The position numbers and the translations under genes are program-made. Shown here in pieces: positions 24,358-35,325 of a stretch of DNA of 64,000 nt (positions within the stretch are counted from its first letter, which is position 1; each line of letters begins with the position of its first letter). Source of the stretch: Mustelus asterias (lineage: Eukaryota); assembly GCF_964213995.1 (NCBI RefSeq), contig NW_027590213.1:248001-312000 (forward strand), read 5' to 3'. A model generated the notes under the pieces. It was not told where the DNA came from and searched no databases. It saw only the letters and a list, made by a program, of their open reading frames with translations.

Positions 24358-26838
24358 CATTGACTGGCAGACTCAAGTCGGTAAGGGTGGAATGGAGGAA
24401 GAGTTCTTAGAATGCTGTCGGGATAGTTTCCTTGAACAGCATGTTACGGAACCGACGAGGGAACCGAGCTATTTTGGATCTGGTATTGTGTAACGAGGTA
24501 GGTAGAATTAAGGATCTTATTGTGAAGGACCCTCTTGGGTCTAGTGACCACAATATGGTCGAATTTCTGATTCAGATGGAAGAGGAGAAAGTTTGGTCCC
24601 AAACCAGTGTCCTCTGTTTGAACAGAGGGAAATATGATAGGATGAGGGATGAATTGGCTAAGGTAGACTGGGAGAGCAGGCTGGCAGGTAGGATAGCTGA
24701 GGAACAGTGGAGGGTTTTTAAGGAGATCCTTTTCAGTTCTCAGCAAAAATATATTCCAGCAAAAAACAAGGATTGTAAGAAAAGGGAGAACCAGCCGTGG
24801 ATAACGAAGGAAATAAAGGAGAGTATTAAAATAAAAACAGCTGCGTACAGAGTGGCCAAAAATAGTGGAGAAACAAGTGATTGGGAAAAATTTAAGAAAC
24901 AAAAAAGAGAGACGAAGAAAGCGATAAAGAAAGGAAGGATAGACTATGAAGCTCGGCTAGCAATTAATATAAAAAATGATAGTAAAAGTTTTTATAAATA
25001 TATAAAAAGGAATAGAGTGGCTAGAGTGAATTTTGGACCCTTGGAGGACGAGAGGGGGGAGTTAATAGTGGGAAATGAGGATATGGCTGAGTCTTTAAAT
25101 AAGTTTTTTGTGTCGGTCTTCACGGTGGAGGACACAAATAGTTTGCCAAATATTAACGATAGAGGGTTGGCAGCAGGAGAAATACTTAATACAATTAATG
25201 TTACCAGAGAGGCAGTGCTGGGTAGACTAATGGGACTGAAGGTGGACAAGTCCCCGGGTCCGGATGGAATGCATCCCAGGGTATTGAAAGAAATGTCAGA
25301 GGTAATAGTGGATGCGTTAGTGATTATTTATCAAAACTCGTTGCATTCTGGGGTAGTGCCGGTTGATTGGAAAACGGCTAATGTTACGCCGCTGTTTAAA
25401 AAAGGAAGGAGACAAAAGGCGGGTAACTATAGGCCGGTCAGCTTAACGTCTGTAGTAGGGAAAATGCTGGAATCCATTATTAAAGAGGAGATAGCAGGGC
25501 ATCTGGATAGAAATGGTTCGATCAATCAGACACAGCATGGATTCATGAGGGGAAAGTCGTGCTTGACGAACATGTTGGATTTTTATGAAGATGTGACTAG
25601 GGCGGTTGATGGAGGAGAACCAGTGGATGCGGTGTTTTTGGATTTCCAAAAGGCGTTTGATAAGGTGCCCCATAAAAGGCTGCTGAATAAGATTAGGGCA
25701 CACGGAGTTGGGGGTAGTGTGTTAAAGTGGATTGGGGACTGGCTATCCGACAGGAAGCAAAGAGTCGGAATAAATGGGTGTTTTTCCGGTTGGAGGAAGG
25801 TAACTAGTGGCGTGCCGCAGGGATCGGTACTCGGGCCGCAACTATTTACCATTTATATAGATGATCTGGAGGAGGGGACGGAGTGTAGGGTAACGAAGTT
25901 TGCAGACGACACAAAGATAAGTGGAAAAGTGAATCGTGTGGAGGACGGAGAAGATCTGCAGAAAGATTTGGACAGGCTGAGTGAGTGGGCGAGGATATGG
26001 CAAATGGAGTATAACGTTGAGAAATGCGAGGTTATACACTTTGGAGGAAATAATAACAAATGGGATTACTATCTCAATGGAAACAAATTAAAACATGCTA
26101 CCGTGCAAAGGGACCTGGGGGTCCTTGTGCATGAGACGCAAAAGCCCAGTCTGCAGGTACAACAGGTGATCAAGAAGGCAAATGGGATGTTGGCCTATAT
26201 TGCGAAGGGGATAGAATATAAAAGCAGGGATGTCTTGATGCACCTGTACAGGGCATTGGTGAGGCCGCAGCTGGAATACTGTGTGCAGTATTGGTCCCCT
26301 TATATGAGGAAGGATATATTGGCATTGGAGGGAGTGCAGAGAAGGTTCACCAGGTTGATACCGGAGATGAGGGGTTTGGATTATGAGGAGAGGCTGAGGA
26401 GATTGGGTTTGTACTCGTTGGAGTTTAGAAGGATGAGGGGGGATCTTATGGAGACTTATAAGATAATGCGGGGGCTGGATAGGGTGGAGGCGGAGAGATT
26501 CTTTCCACTTAGTAAGGAAGTTAAAACTAGAGGACACAGCCTCAAAATAAAGGGGGGTCGGTTTAAGACAGAGTTGAGGAGGAACTTCTTCTCCCAGAGG
26601 GTGGTGAATCTCTGGAATTCTCTGCCCACTGAGGTGGTGGAGGCTACCTCGCTGAATATGTTTAAAGCGCGGATGGATGGATTCCTGAGCGGTAAGGGAA
26701 TTAAGGGTTATGGGGATCAGGCGGGTAAGTGGTACTGATCCACGTCAGATCAGCCATGATCTTATTGAATGGCGGGGCAGACTCGAGGGGCTAGATGGCC
26801 TACTTCTGCTCCTATTTCTTATGTTCTTATGTTCTTAT
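24358..26838 (+). mobile_element. Young 5'-truncated CR1 LINE
   Basis: Uninterrupted ORF2 region plus 3' UTR ending in (cttatgtt)n. One frameshift near 24463 in the endonuclease remnant. Confidence 0.95.
24432..26738 (+). CDS. CR1 ORF2 reverse transcriptase (N-terminally truncated, 768 aa open)
   Basis: Motifs [81 protein letters not shown]. Confidence 0.93.
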   Translation: MNSMLRNRRGNRAILDLVLCNEVGRIKDLIVKDPLGSSDHNMVEFLIQMEEEKVWSQTSVLCLNRGKYDRMRDELAKVDWESRLAGRIAEEQWRVFKEILFSSQQKYIPAKNKDCKKRENQPWITKEIKESIKIKTAAYRVAKNSGETSDWEKFKKQKRETKKAIKKGRIDYEARLAINIKNDSKSFYKYIKRNRVARVNFGPLEDERGELIVGNEDMAESLNKFFVSVFTVEDTNSLPNINDRGLAAGEILNTINVTREAVLGRLMGLKVDKSPGPDGMHPRVLKEMSEVIVDALVIIYQNSLHSGVVPVDWKTANVTPLFKKGRRQKAGNYRPVSLTSVVGKMLESIIKEEIAGHLDRNGSINQTQHGFMRGKSCLTNMLDFYEDVTRAVDGGEPVDAVFLDFQKAFDKVPHKRLLNKIRAHGVGGSVLKWIGDWLSDRKQRVGINGCFSGWRKVTSGVPQGSVLGPQLFTIYIDDLEEGTECRVTKFADDTKISGKVNRVEDGEDLQKDLDRLSEWARIWQMEYNVEKCEVIHFGGNNNKWDYYLNGNKLKHATVQRDLGVLVHETQKPSLQVQQVIKKANGMLAYIAKGIEYKSRDVLMHLYRALVRPQLEYCVQYWSPYMRKDILALEGVQRRFTRLIPEMRGLDYEERLRRLGLYSLEFRRMRGDLMETYKIMRGLDRVEAERFFPLSKEVKTRGHSLKIKGGRFKTELRRNFFSQRVVNLWNSLPTEVVEATSLNMFKARMDGFLSGKGIKGYGDQAGKWY

Positions 26839-28283
26839 TAGACAGGGTAAATTCAGAAAGATTATCCCAGAAGGCTGGGGAGTCCAGAACTAGGGGGTCA
26901 TAGTCTGAGGATAAGGGGTAAAACCTTTAGAACTGAGGTGAAGGAGAAACTTCATCACCCAGACAGTGGTGAATCTGTGGAATTCACTACCACAGGAAGT
27001 GATTATGACCAAAACGTTGCTGGATTTCAAGAAGAAATTAGATATAGCTCTTGGGGCTAAAGGGAGCAAGGGATTTGGAGGGAAGGCACGATCAGGATAT
27101 TCAATTTGACGATCATCCATGATCATAATGAGTGGCGAAGAAGGCTCGAAAGGCCGAAAGGCCTTTTCCGGTTTCTATTTTTTCTGTTTCTGTGTGTGTG
27201 GGTCTGTGTATGTTTTTTTGTTTTCCCTGAGCAACAGTGTATATCTTTCTCTGCATGTTCTTTTGATACTGCATGTGTGTGTCTGTCTGGGGCTCTGTGT
27301 GGGTGTATCCGTGTGTATGATTTCTGAGATTCTGTTTGTGTGTGTCTGAGTGTGTGTATTTAGCTGAAAGGCAGCGTGTGTGTATGTGTGTCTGAGTTTG
27401 TCTGAGCATTTGTGTCTGCTCTATGAGAGTGTGTGTGTTTCTATGTGCTTGTTTGAGTGTGTGTATATTTGTGTTGTCTGAGAGTGTGTGTTTGTGTTTG
27501 CTTGTCAATGTGTGTGTGTGCGCCTGTGTGTGTGTTTATCTGACAGTGTGAGTATCTATGCATGTGCTTGTGTGCATGTATGTATCTGTGTGTGTGCGTG
27601 TGTATATGTGTGTGTGTCATTTTGCCTGAGGTAATCTGTGTGTCTTTGTCTACGTCTGTGATTGTGTGTGTGTCAGCTTTTGTCTAAGAGAGTTTGCATT
27701 TTTGTCTGAGTGTGTGTGTATGCCTATGGGTGTGTGTTTGTGTGCGTGTATTTGTCTGAGCGTTTGGGTGCGTGTTTGTATGTGTGTTTGTTTCTGATTG
27801 TCTGAGTGTGTGTGCGCGTTTACCTGAGTGTGTGTGCATGTCTGAGTGTGCGTTTTTCTGTGTGCGTGTTTGTTTGAGTGTGTGTATGTGCGTGTGTGAG
27901 AGTATGTGTGCTTGAGAGAGAGAGAGTGAGAGAGATTCCTCACTATACTCCATGACTGCAAGGTTCTGGTCTTACTGATGGGGCTCCCTTGCACTGAAGC
28001 ACTTACAGTAGCTCCTGCTCATCGCATGCTCACTTTTCGATTAACTCTTTCAGCGCTGAGCCGTTAGGTTCAAATCTACAGCACACATAAGAACAGATCA
28101 ATTTCCATGTCCTGAAACCGTCGAAACAGCCCAGAATGTGCCTTTCTTTCTGCTTTTGGACTCTGCAGTTGTACTTATGGTTCTTGCCGTTTGCAGCCTA
28201 ATGTTTGAGTTGTATTATTTTCTGCACCTCTGGTCATCCAGAGGAAAGACAGAGAGAATCGTGGCATCCGCCTGTTCCCGCTG

Positions 28284-28309
28284 TGCAATGGGCAGTCAGC
28301 AGGGGGCGG
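28284..28309 (+). promoter_or_regulatory. Candidate CTCF binding site
   Basis: gTCAGCAGGGGGCGG versus core consensus CCAGCAGGGGGCGC, with TGCAAT just upstream. It lies in non-repetitive DNA. Confidence 0.45.
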
Positions 28310-28539
28310 ACGTAGGGCGCATCTGGACACTGAAACAGAAATGTTCATGCATTCATATAGGTTGCTCAATAATTAATTCAAATCTGAATAACATATTTGG
28401 AAGGTGGAGATCGTAGGACAATGACCATGTCACTGGAGAGTCCCAGACTAATATTATGGGCACACGGGTTCAATCCAATTCCCCACCCAGCACCCTCAGT
28501 GCACCGAATGCAATTTGAATTTTTGCATTCAGCAATAAC

Positions 28540-28827
28540 TTTTAAGTTTATTTATTTGTGTCACAAGTAGGCTTACATTAATACTGAAATAATGTCACTG
28601 TGAAAATCCTCTAGTCGTCACACTGCGGCGCCTGTTCCAGTGCATTGATGTAGAATTTAGCTTGGTCAATGCACCTAACCAGTACATCTTTCAGACTGCA
28701 GGAGGAAACCGGAGCAGACACGGGGACAACATGCACACTTCGCACAGATAGTGACCCAAGTCAGGAATCGAACCCGGGTCCCTGGTGCTATGATGCAGCA
28801 GTGCTAACCACTATGTTAATGTCCCGC
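28540..28827 (-). mobile_element. HE1-type SINE (diverged)
   Basis: Homologous to 4451-4750. Confidence 0.8.
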
Positions 28828-30970
28828 CAATCTGGGTTTAGATAGGAAGGCGAGAAAGAACATACTTGTTATAGATGGGGTGCACCAAAAGTTCACCAGA
28901 CTGATACTTGGGATGTAAGCATTGTCCTTTGAGGAGAGATTGAGGTGTGCATTCAATTAAATTCTGAAGAATGGGAGATCTCATTGAAAGATATAAAATT
29001 CTGACAATTGCAGGATTATGACCCAGCAGTACTGAAGGAACTGCCGATATATTCCCAAGTCGGGATGGTGAGTGACTTGGAGGGTGAATCTCCTTTTGAT
29101 GGTGTCCTCAGGTATCTATTGCCCTTGTGTTTTTACCGTGGTAATGGCTGTGGCTCGGGGAAGTATTGTCTGGTGCTCTGGAAACACGAGTTCAAATCCC
29201 ACCAACGGTAACAGGTGAAATTTAAATTTAATTAATAAAAATGTAGAATTGAAAATTCGGCTGAATAATAGAGAACTTAAGAAAACTGTCATCCGTTGTT
29301 GCAAAAGCACATTCTGCGCACCAATGTTGTACCAATGCCCACGGGAGTTTGGAAGAAAATGGGGGTTCTTATAGAAACGCATACAATTATGAAAGGAATA
29401 GATAAGATAGAAGCAAGGAGGTTGTTTCCATGGCAGATGAAATTAGAACTAAGGGACAAGATCTCAAAATAAAGATGAGGAGATTTTGGGCTGTGTTGAG
29501 GAGGAACCTCTTCATTTAAATGGCTGTGAATCTATAAATCCCTGCCCAGTGAAGCAGTTGAGGCTACATCGTTAAACGTTTTTAAGGCAAAGATAGATTT
29601 TTGAGCAGTAAAGGAATTCAGGGTTATGGTGAGCGGGCGGGTAAGCGGAGCTGAGCCCATGAAAAAATCAGCCATGATCTTATTGAATGGCGGATCAGGC
29701 TCGGAGGGCCAGATGGTCTATTCCTGCTTCTAGTTTTTATGTTCTTTCAGAAAGGAAATCTGCCTACAACCTGGACTATGTGTGAGACAAGACCCAGAGA
29801 AATGTGGCCGACATTTAGCTATCTTCTGAAATGTTTAGTGAGACAAGAGGCGAGAGGCTGCAGCAACCACATGGGGCGGAAGAATATAAATAACTCGTCA
29901 TCTCTTACATCTTCCAGCCCTCATGCAAAGACATCAATCTGAAACCTTAACTCGGTTTCTCACTTGCACAGTTACTGGCTGGCATGATGCAAGCAGCGTT
30001 TCCTGTTTTTGTCTGAAATGCTGCACTTTGGCCTCTTACGTTCACGCTGGTTTCTTCCCTGAAAAGAAATGCGTGGCTCATTTCGAGAATTCCAACGCAC
30101 AGCCTGTTTTCATCTTCACTCTCCCTGCCTACGAGTCCCTCCTTAGCCTGCTGCAATGCTTCAGTGAAGCCCCAAGGGCACTCTTTAAAAATAAGGGGTC
30201 GCACATTTAGGAGAGGAAGAGTGGCGAGGTTTTCCTCTCAGAGGGCCATGTGTCCCTAGAAGTCCCTTCCTCAGAAGGCAGTGGAAGCAGTCTTTCAATA
30301 TTTTTAAAGGCAGAAGGAGCTAGATTCTTAGTAAACAAGGAGGGTGAAAGGTGATCAGTGTTGGCAGAAGGTTATAATAAGATCAGCCATAAACTTATTT
30401 ACGGGCAGAGCAGGCCGGAAGTGACCAACTCCTACTTCTCAGTAGCCTGTGTGTTACTGTATACATATTAAAATTTCGCGGTGGCTTGGTAAGGCACACG
30501 TGTAAGAGACGGAGCAAGAACTGTTCCTGAATCGAAGATGAGCAAGTCGGGTTTACATTGCCAATTGTTAGGGTTTGGGATTCATTGTCTCAAAGACCAG
30601 AGTAAACATTTTCCGTGGTGACTTTCAAAAGAGAATGATTACAAAATCGAAAATATAACATGTCGCGGGACATGTGCCAACGGCAAATGCAGTGTTTTTT
30701 TTGTAGCTCATTGAGATAGGAAGCATGCGCTCGTTAGGCCGAATTGCCTCGTTCTTTAATGTATGAACCGGATGAGTGACAGGATTGACTGGAGTGCAAC
30801 ACTTTCATTTGATTCACTAATAGTTGCTGCCTGAAGAATCGGTTAAACAGATACTTGTTAATTCTTGGATTCTTTCTCAATAATTTTCATTCATTGGGCT
30901 ATGAGTGTTGTTCGCAAGGCCAAAAATTGTTGCGAGTCCGAAACGCAAATTACTGCGGATTCTATAATCC

Positions 30971-31160
30971 AAAACAAAAACAAAACATTCTGGAATATCT
31001 CAGTGGGTCTGACAGCATCTGTGGAGAGAGAATAGAGCCAAAGTTTCGAGTCTCGATGACGATTCGTCAGGGCCATCCGGACTCGAAACGCTAACACTAT
31101 TCTCTCTTCACAGATGATGTCAGAAGTGCAGAGCTTTTCCAGCATTTTCTGGTTTTGTGT
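30971..31160. mobile_element. Foldback (inverted) Penelope-like termini
   Basis: The ~90-bp arms are reverse complements of each other. The minus strand has CTGACGA...gactc-GAAA. Confidence 0.65.
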
Positions 31161-31854
31161 TGCTCTTGCTAATTGCCCTTGAACAGTATAGTTTGCTAAT
31201 GGCCATCTCAGATGATAGTTCACAGTCAACCAGGGGAGGGAATGGCGTAGTGATATTATCGCTAGAGTATCAATCCAAAAACTCAACTAATGTTCTGGGG
31301 TCCCGTGTTTGAAACACAATTCAATAAAAATATCTGAAATTTCGAATTTACTGATGACAGTGAAATCATTGCCAATTGTCAGAAAAAACAGTTGGGTCAC
31401 GATGTCCTTTGGGGAAGGAAATCTGCCGTGCTTACCTGGTTTGGCCAACACGTGAGTCTAGAGCCACATCAATGTGGTTGACTGTCAACTGCCCTCCAAG
31501 GGCAACTGGAGATGGGCAATAAACGCCCATGTTCCATGAATGAATAAACAATACTGCGTGTCAGGAGTCACATGAAAGCCAGACGGCGTAAAGACCGCAG
31601 ATTTTCTTTCTTAAGGCGGGGAAGCTCGACTGAATTGGGGAGTTGGGATGGGGTTATACGAGGAAAGATCGGACAGAGTCCATTGGAGTGCAGAAGATTG
31701 AGTGATGATTTTTTTGAAACATATATGATCTTTTTTGGGCGGGAGGGGGGGGGGCGGTTGTTGTGGGGAGGTGGGGCTTCGGAGGGGTGATGAGGCCAGC
31801 GGTGTGAGGGTGGAAGCTGACGGAATGTTTAACCTTTGCGGGACAGATAGGAAG

Positions 31855-33185
31855 CCTCACTTGCAGATAGTGAGGAACATTGTCAGAGGCTACAGAAGGA
31901 TATAGATAGGCTGGTAATTTGGGCAAAGAAATGGCAGCTGGAGTTCAATCCTGATAAATGCGAAGTGATGCATTTTTGGTGGGAATAATGTCGGGAGGAG
32001 CTACACGATAAATGGAAGAACCATAAAGGGTGTAGAGACGCAGAGGGACCTGGGTGTGCAAGTCCACAGATCTTTGAAGGTGACGTCACAGGTGGAGAAG
32101 GTGGTGAAGAAGGCATATGGCATGCTGGCCTTTATAGGACGGGGCATAGAGTATAAAAGTTGGGGTCTGATGTTGCAGATGCATAGAACGTTGGTTCGGC
32201 CGCATTTGGAATACTGCGTCCAGTTCTGGTCGCCACATTACCAGAAGGACGTGGAGGCTTTGGAGAGAGTACAGAGGAGGTTTACCAGGATGTTGCCTGG
32301 TATGGAGGGGCTTGGTTATGAGGAGAGATTGGGGAAACTGGGATTGTTCTCCTTGGAAAGACGGAGGATGAGGGGAGACTGAATAGAGGTGTATAAAATT
32401 ATGAAAGGCATAGATAGGGTGAACGGTGGGAAGCTTTTCCCCGGGTCGGTGGTGACGTTCACGAGGGGTCATAGGTTCAAGGTGAAGGGGGGGGAGGTTT
32501 AACACAGATATCAGAAGGACATATTTTACACAGAGGGTCGTGGGGGCCTGGAATGTGTTGCCGGGCAAGGTGGTGGAGGCGGACACACTGGGAACGTTTA
32601 AGACTTATCTAGGCAGCTATATGAACGGAGTGGGAATGGAGGGATACAAAAGAGTGGTCTAGTTTGGACCAGGGAGCGGCGCGGGCTAATTGTTCTTTGT
32701 TTCTCGTTTCAAGGCTTCCTTCTATGATCATCTTGCTGGTGCCAGTACAGAGCGAGACTGCGGATAGTTGGGAACCTGTCTCGGGGGGCAGGGAATTCAG
32801 ATGGTGTTCGTAAAGCAGAAGTGGAAATGACTAGGGTTGGGAAGCATTTTCTGATCAGGGCCAGTGTGATCTCCTGGACTCGTTTCGATCGCCACAGGGG
32901 GTCGGAGAGGAATTTCCCAGATTTTGTTTTTCCCCATATTGGCCCTGGGGTTTTCACTCTGGGTTTTCGCCTCTCCCTGGAGATCACATGGTCCGGAATG
33001 GGGGGGTGGGGGTGAGTTAATAGGTTGTGAGGGACAGCTCGGTGGATAGGATATTAGGTTGTAGATAGGCTGGAAAATTGGGCGGGGATCCTGGATTCAG
33101 GATTCACTCCTGGACCGGGGAGCGGCGCGGGCTTGGAGGGCCGAAGGGCCTGTTCCTGTGCTGTATTGTTCTTTGTTCTTTGTTT
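31855..33185 (+). mobile_element. CR1 LINE 3' portion with an insertion in its 3' UTR
   Basis: LVRPHLEYCVQFWSPHYQKDVEALERVQRRFTRMLPG; tail (ttctttg)n at ~33170-33185. Confidence 0.9.
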
Positions 33186-33299
33186 GAAAGAAGGCGAAGA
33201 AAAGAATTGTTCCTTCTTTCGGAGGCCTGTATGCCTTTGGAACTGTCGTCTGCAGAAATCTACTGCAGCTTCAGTCGCTGGGAAAGTCTCTGAAAAGGT

Positions 33300-33485
33300 T
33301 CATGCTCGTCGTCAGTTGGCAACATCTGGCCTCTCACCCCTCCCCCCGCACTGCCTAACTGCCACCTCGCTGCTGGAGTTTCCAGTCCCGGGTGATTAAA
33401 CCACACGTTCTGGTCTTTGAGTAAACTGAGAGGCTCAGCGACCTCTTGACTGAAACCGCACACTCGGCCCACATCCTGCTGCCGT
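33300..33485. promoter_or_regulatory. Candidate T-cell enhancer 3' of C-delta
   Basis: Half-CRE CGTCA 33310, E-boxes CAGTTG 33313 and CATCTG 33323, RUNX AACCACA 33399, TCF/LEF CTTTGA 33415, RUNX AACCGCA 33454 and ETS CCACATCCTG 33469, all in unique DNA. Confidence 0.5.
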
Positions 33486-33802
33486 TGGTCGCCTTGTCAA
33501 CCAGACCCTGGTTCCCCCAATCAGCAGTGAACGCATGTATCATTATATCTCAACAGTTTCTATCAAAATAAGCAAGCCAAAGTCGATTAACCCCCCTACT
33601 GCCGAGAAGCAAAAGAAAATCAACACCTGATAGGAAATTCAGAGCATGAACTTCGAGACTGAGAAGTGTAATTTGTGCCATTCCTGTTAGAGAGCTGGAT
33701 CATTCCTCTTAAAATATCAAGTACAGGTTGAGAAGTCACACGAAAGTTTTATGGGTTTGTTGCTAGGGAGAGCGGTCTCTGGGCAAGTCATCCACAGTCC
33801 TC

Positions 33803-34120
33803 GGCACAGTGGTTAGCTCTGCAGTGCCAGAGGTACGGGTTCGATTCCAGCCTTGGGTGGCTGCCTGTGTTGAGTTTGCACGTTCTCGCCGTGTCTGCGT
33901 GGGTTTTATCCGGGTGCTCTGGTCTCCCTCAGTCCAAGGATGTACAGATTGGTTAGATTGGCCATGGCAAAATGCACCTTTGTGTCCCACAGATGTGCAG
34001 GGAGGTGGATTCACCGTGGGCAGAGGGGAGGGTCTGGGTTGATTTCTCTTTCGGAGAATCAGTGCAGACTCGATGGGCCGAACGGCCTCTTTCTGCAGTG
34101 TATGGCTTTTACGATTCTAT
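33803..34120 (+). mobile_element. HE1-type SINE (old)
   Basis: ggcacagtggttagc...gggttcgattcc head and conserved body. Confidence 0.75.
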
Positions 34121-35325
34121 TATTATATTCTATGGTGAACACGGGCACAAAACCCATCATGATCAATTGTTCCTCCCTCCCCCTTCAGGGGTGTTGTAAC
34201 GGCATGACGATTAATCCAGAAAGCCAGGGCTAAAGCTTTGGACACACATGAGGATTGAATTCCTGCCATGGCAGTTGGAGAAATCTGAATTCAATAAAAG
34301 CAACCTGGAATTCAACAATCGAACCATGAGTCAATTGTTGTTAAAACCCATCTGGTTCACTACCTGAGACTTCAAGTACAACACCATGGTAAATGCAACC
34401 CATCCGGTTCAATGGTGATTAGGGATGGGAAATACATTCTGGCCCTGCCGGATATGCACGTACCGCTGGGTGAAGCAACAAATACATTGTGTGTGGGAGT
34501 CGCTCGCCTGGCGAACATTTATAGCCCTTCCAAATGGCCCTAATCATTGCTGCAGCCAATGTAGTTAAACCAGGCACAGGAGCAGCGTTTCGCTTTGGGT
34601 ATTGGGAACATTTTGGGATTCTTCTCGCTTTTCCATCTCTTCAATTCGTCATTCCTATCAGGAATTACCTTAACTCCCGTTGTTTTTCGTTGTTATATTT
34701 TTCGGCGGGTTGGGGAGGGGGCAGGGCGGGGCTGGGGGTGGGGGGTGGTGGGGGGCGGGGGGGAGGATGGGAGTGGGGGGACGGCAGAACAATGGTTAGA
34801 CCACCAAATATAACAACGAAAAACAATGGGAGGAATTAGTAAGTTTGCAGACGAAACAAAGGGCTGCAAACTTACTAATCAATCCAGTTACATTTCCTTA
34901 AGGTAATTCCTCCCATTTTCGGCGGGTTAGGGAGGGGAGTGGGGCGGGGGGGGGGGGGGGGGGCGGGGGGAGAATAGGAGTGGGGGGACGGCAGAATAAT
35001 GCATGCTTGCCTTCATCAGCCGGGGCATTGAATTTAAAGATTGGCAAGTCATGTTGCAGCTTATAGAACCTTAGTTAGGCCGCACTCGGAATATAGTGTT
35101 CAATTCTGGTCGCTACACTACCAGAAAGATGTGGAGGCTTTGGAGAGGGGGGGTACATACAAGCTTTACCGGGATGTTGCCTGGTATGGAGGGCATTAGC
35201 TATGAGGAGAGATTGGGGAAACTTGGGATGTTCTCACTGGAACGACGGAGGTTGAGGGGTGACCTGATAAAAATGTACAAGATTATGAGGGGCATTGACA
35301 GAGTGGGTAGTCAGAAGCTTTTTTC

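Larger units (their letters stand above)
23240..27190 (+). mobile_element. Old decayed CR1 LINE interrupted by a young CR1
   Basis: Frameshifted RT motifs (QHGFAKGKSCLANL, SGVPQGSTLG, QFAGDAKL). The sequence breaks at ...ataaaattcta (~24351) and resumes at tagacagggt (~26838). Confidence 0.8.
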
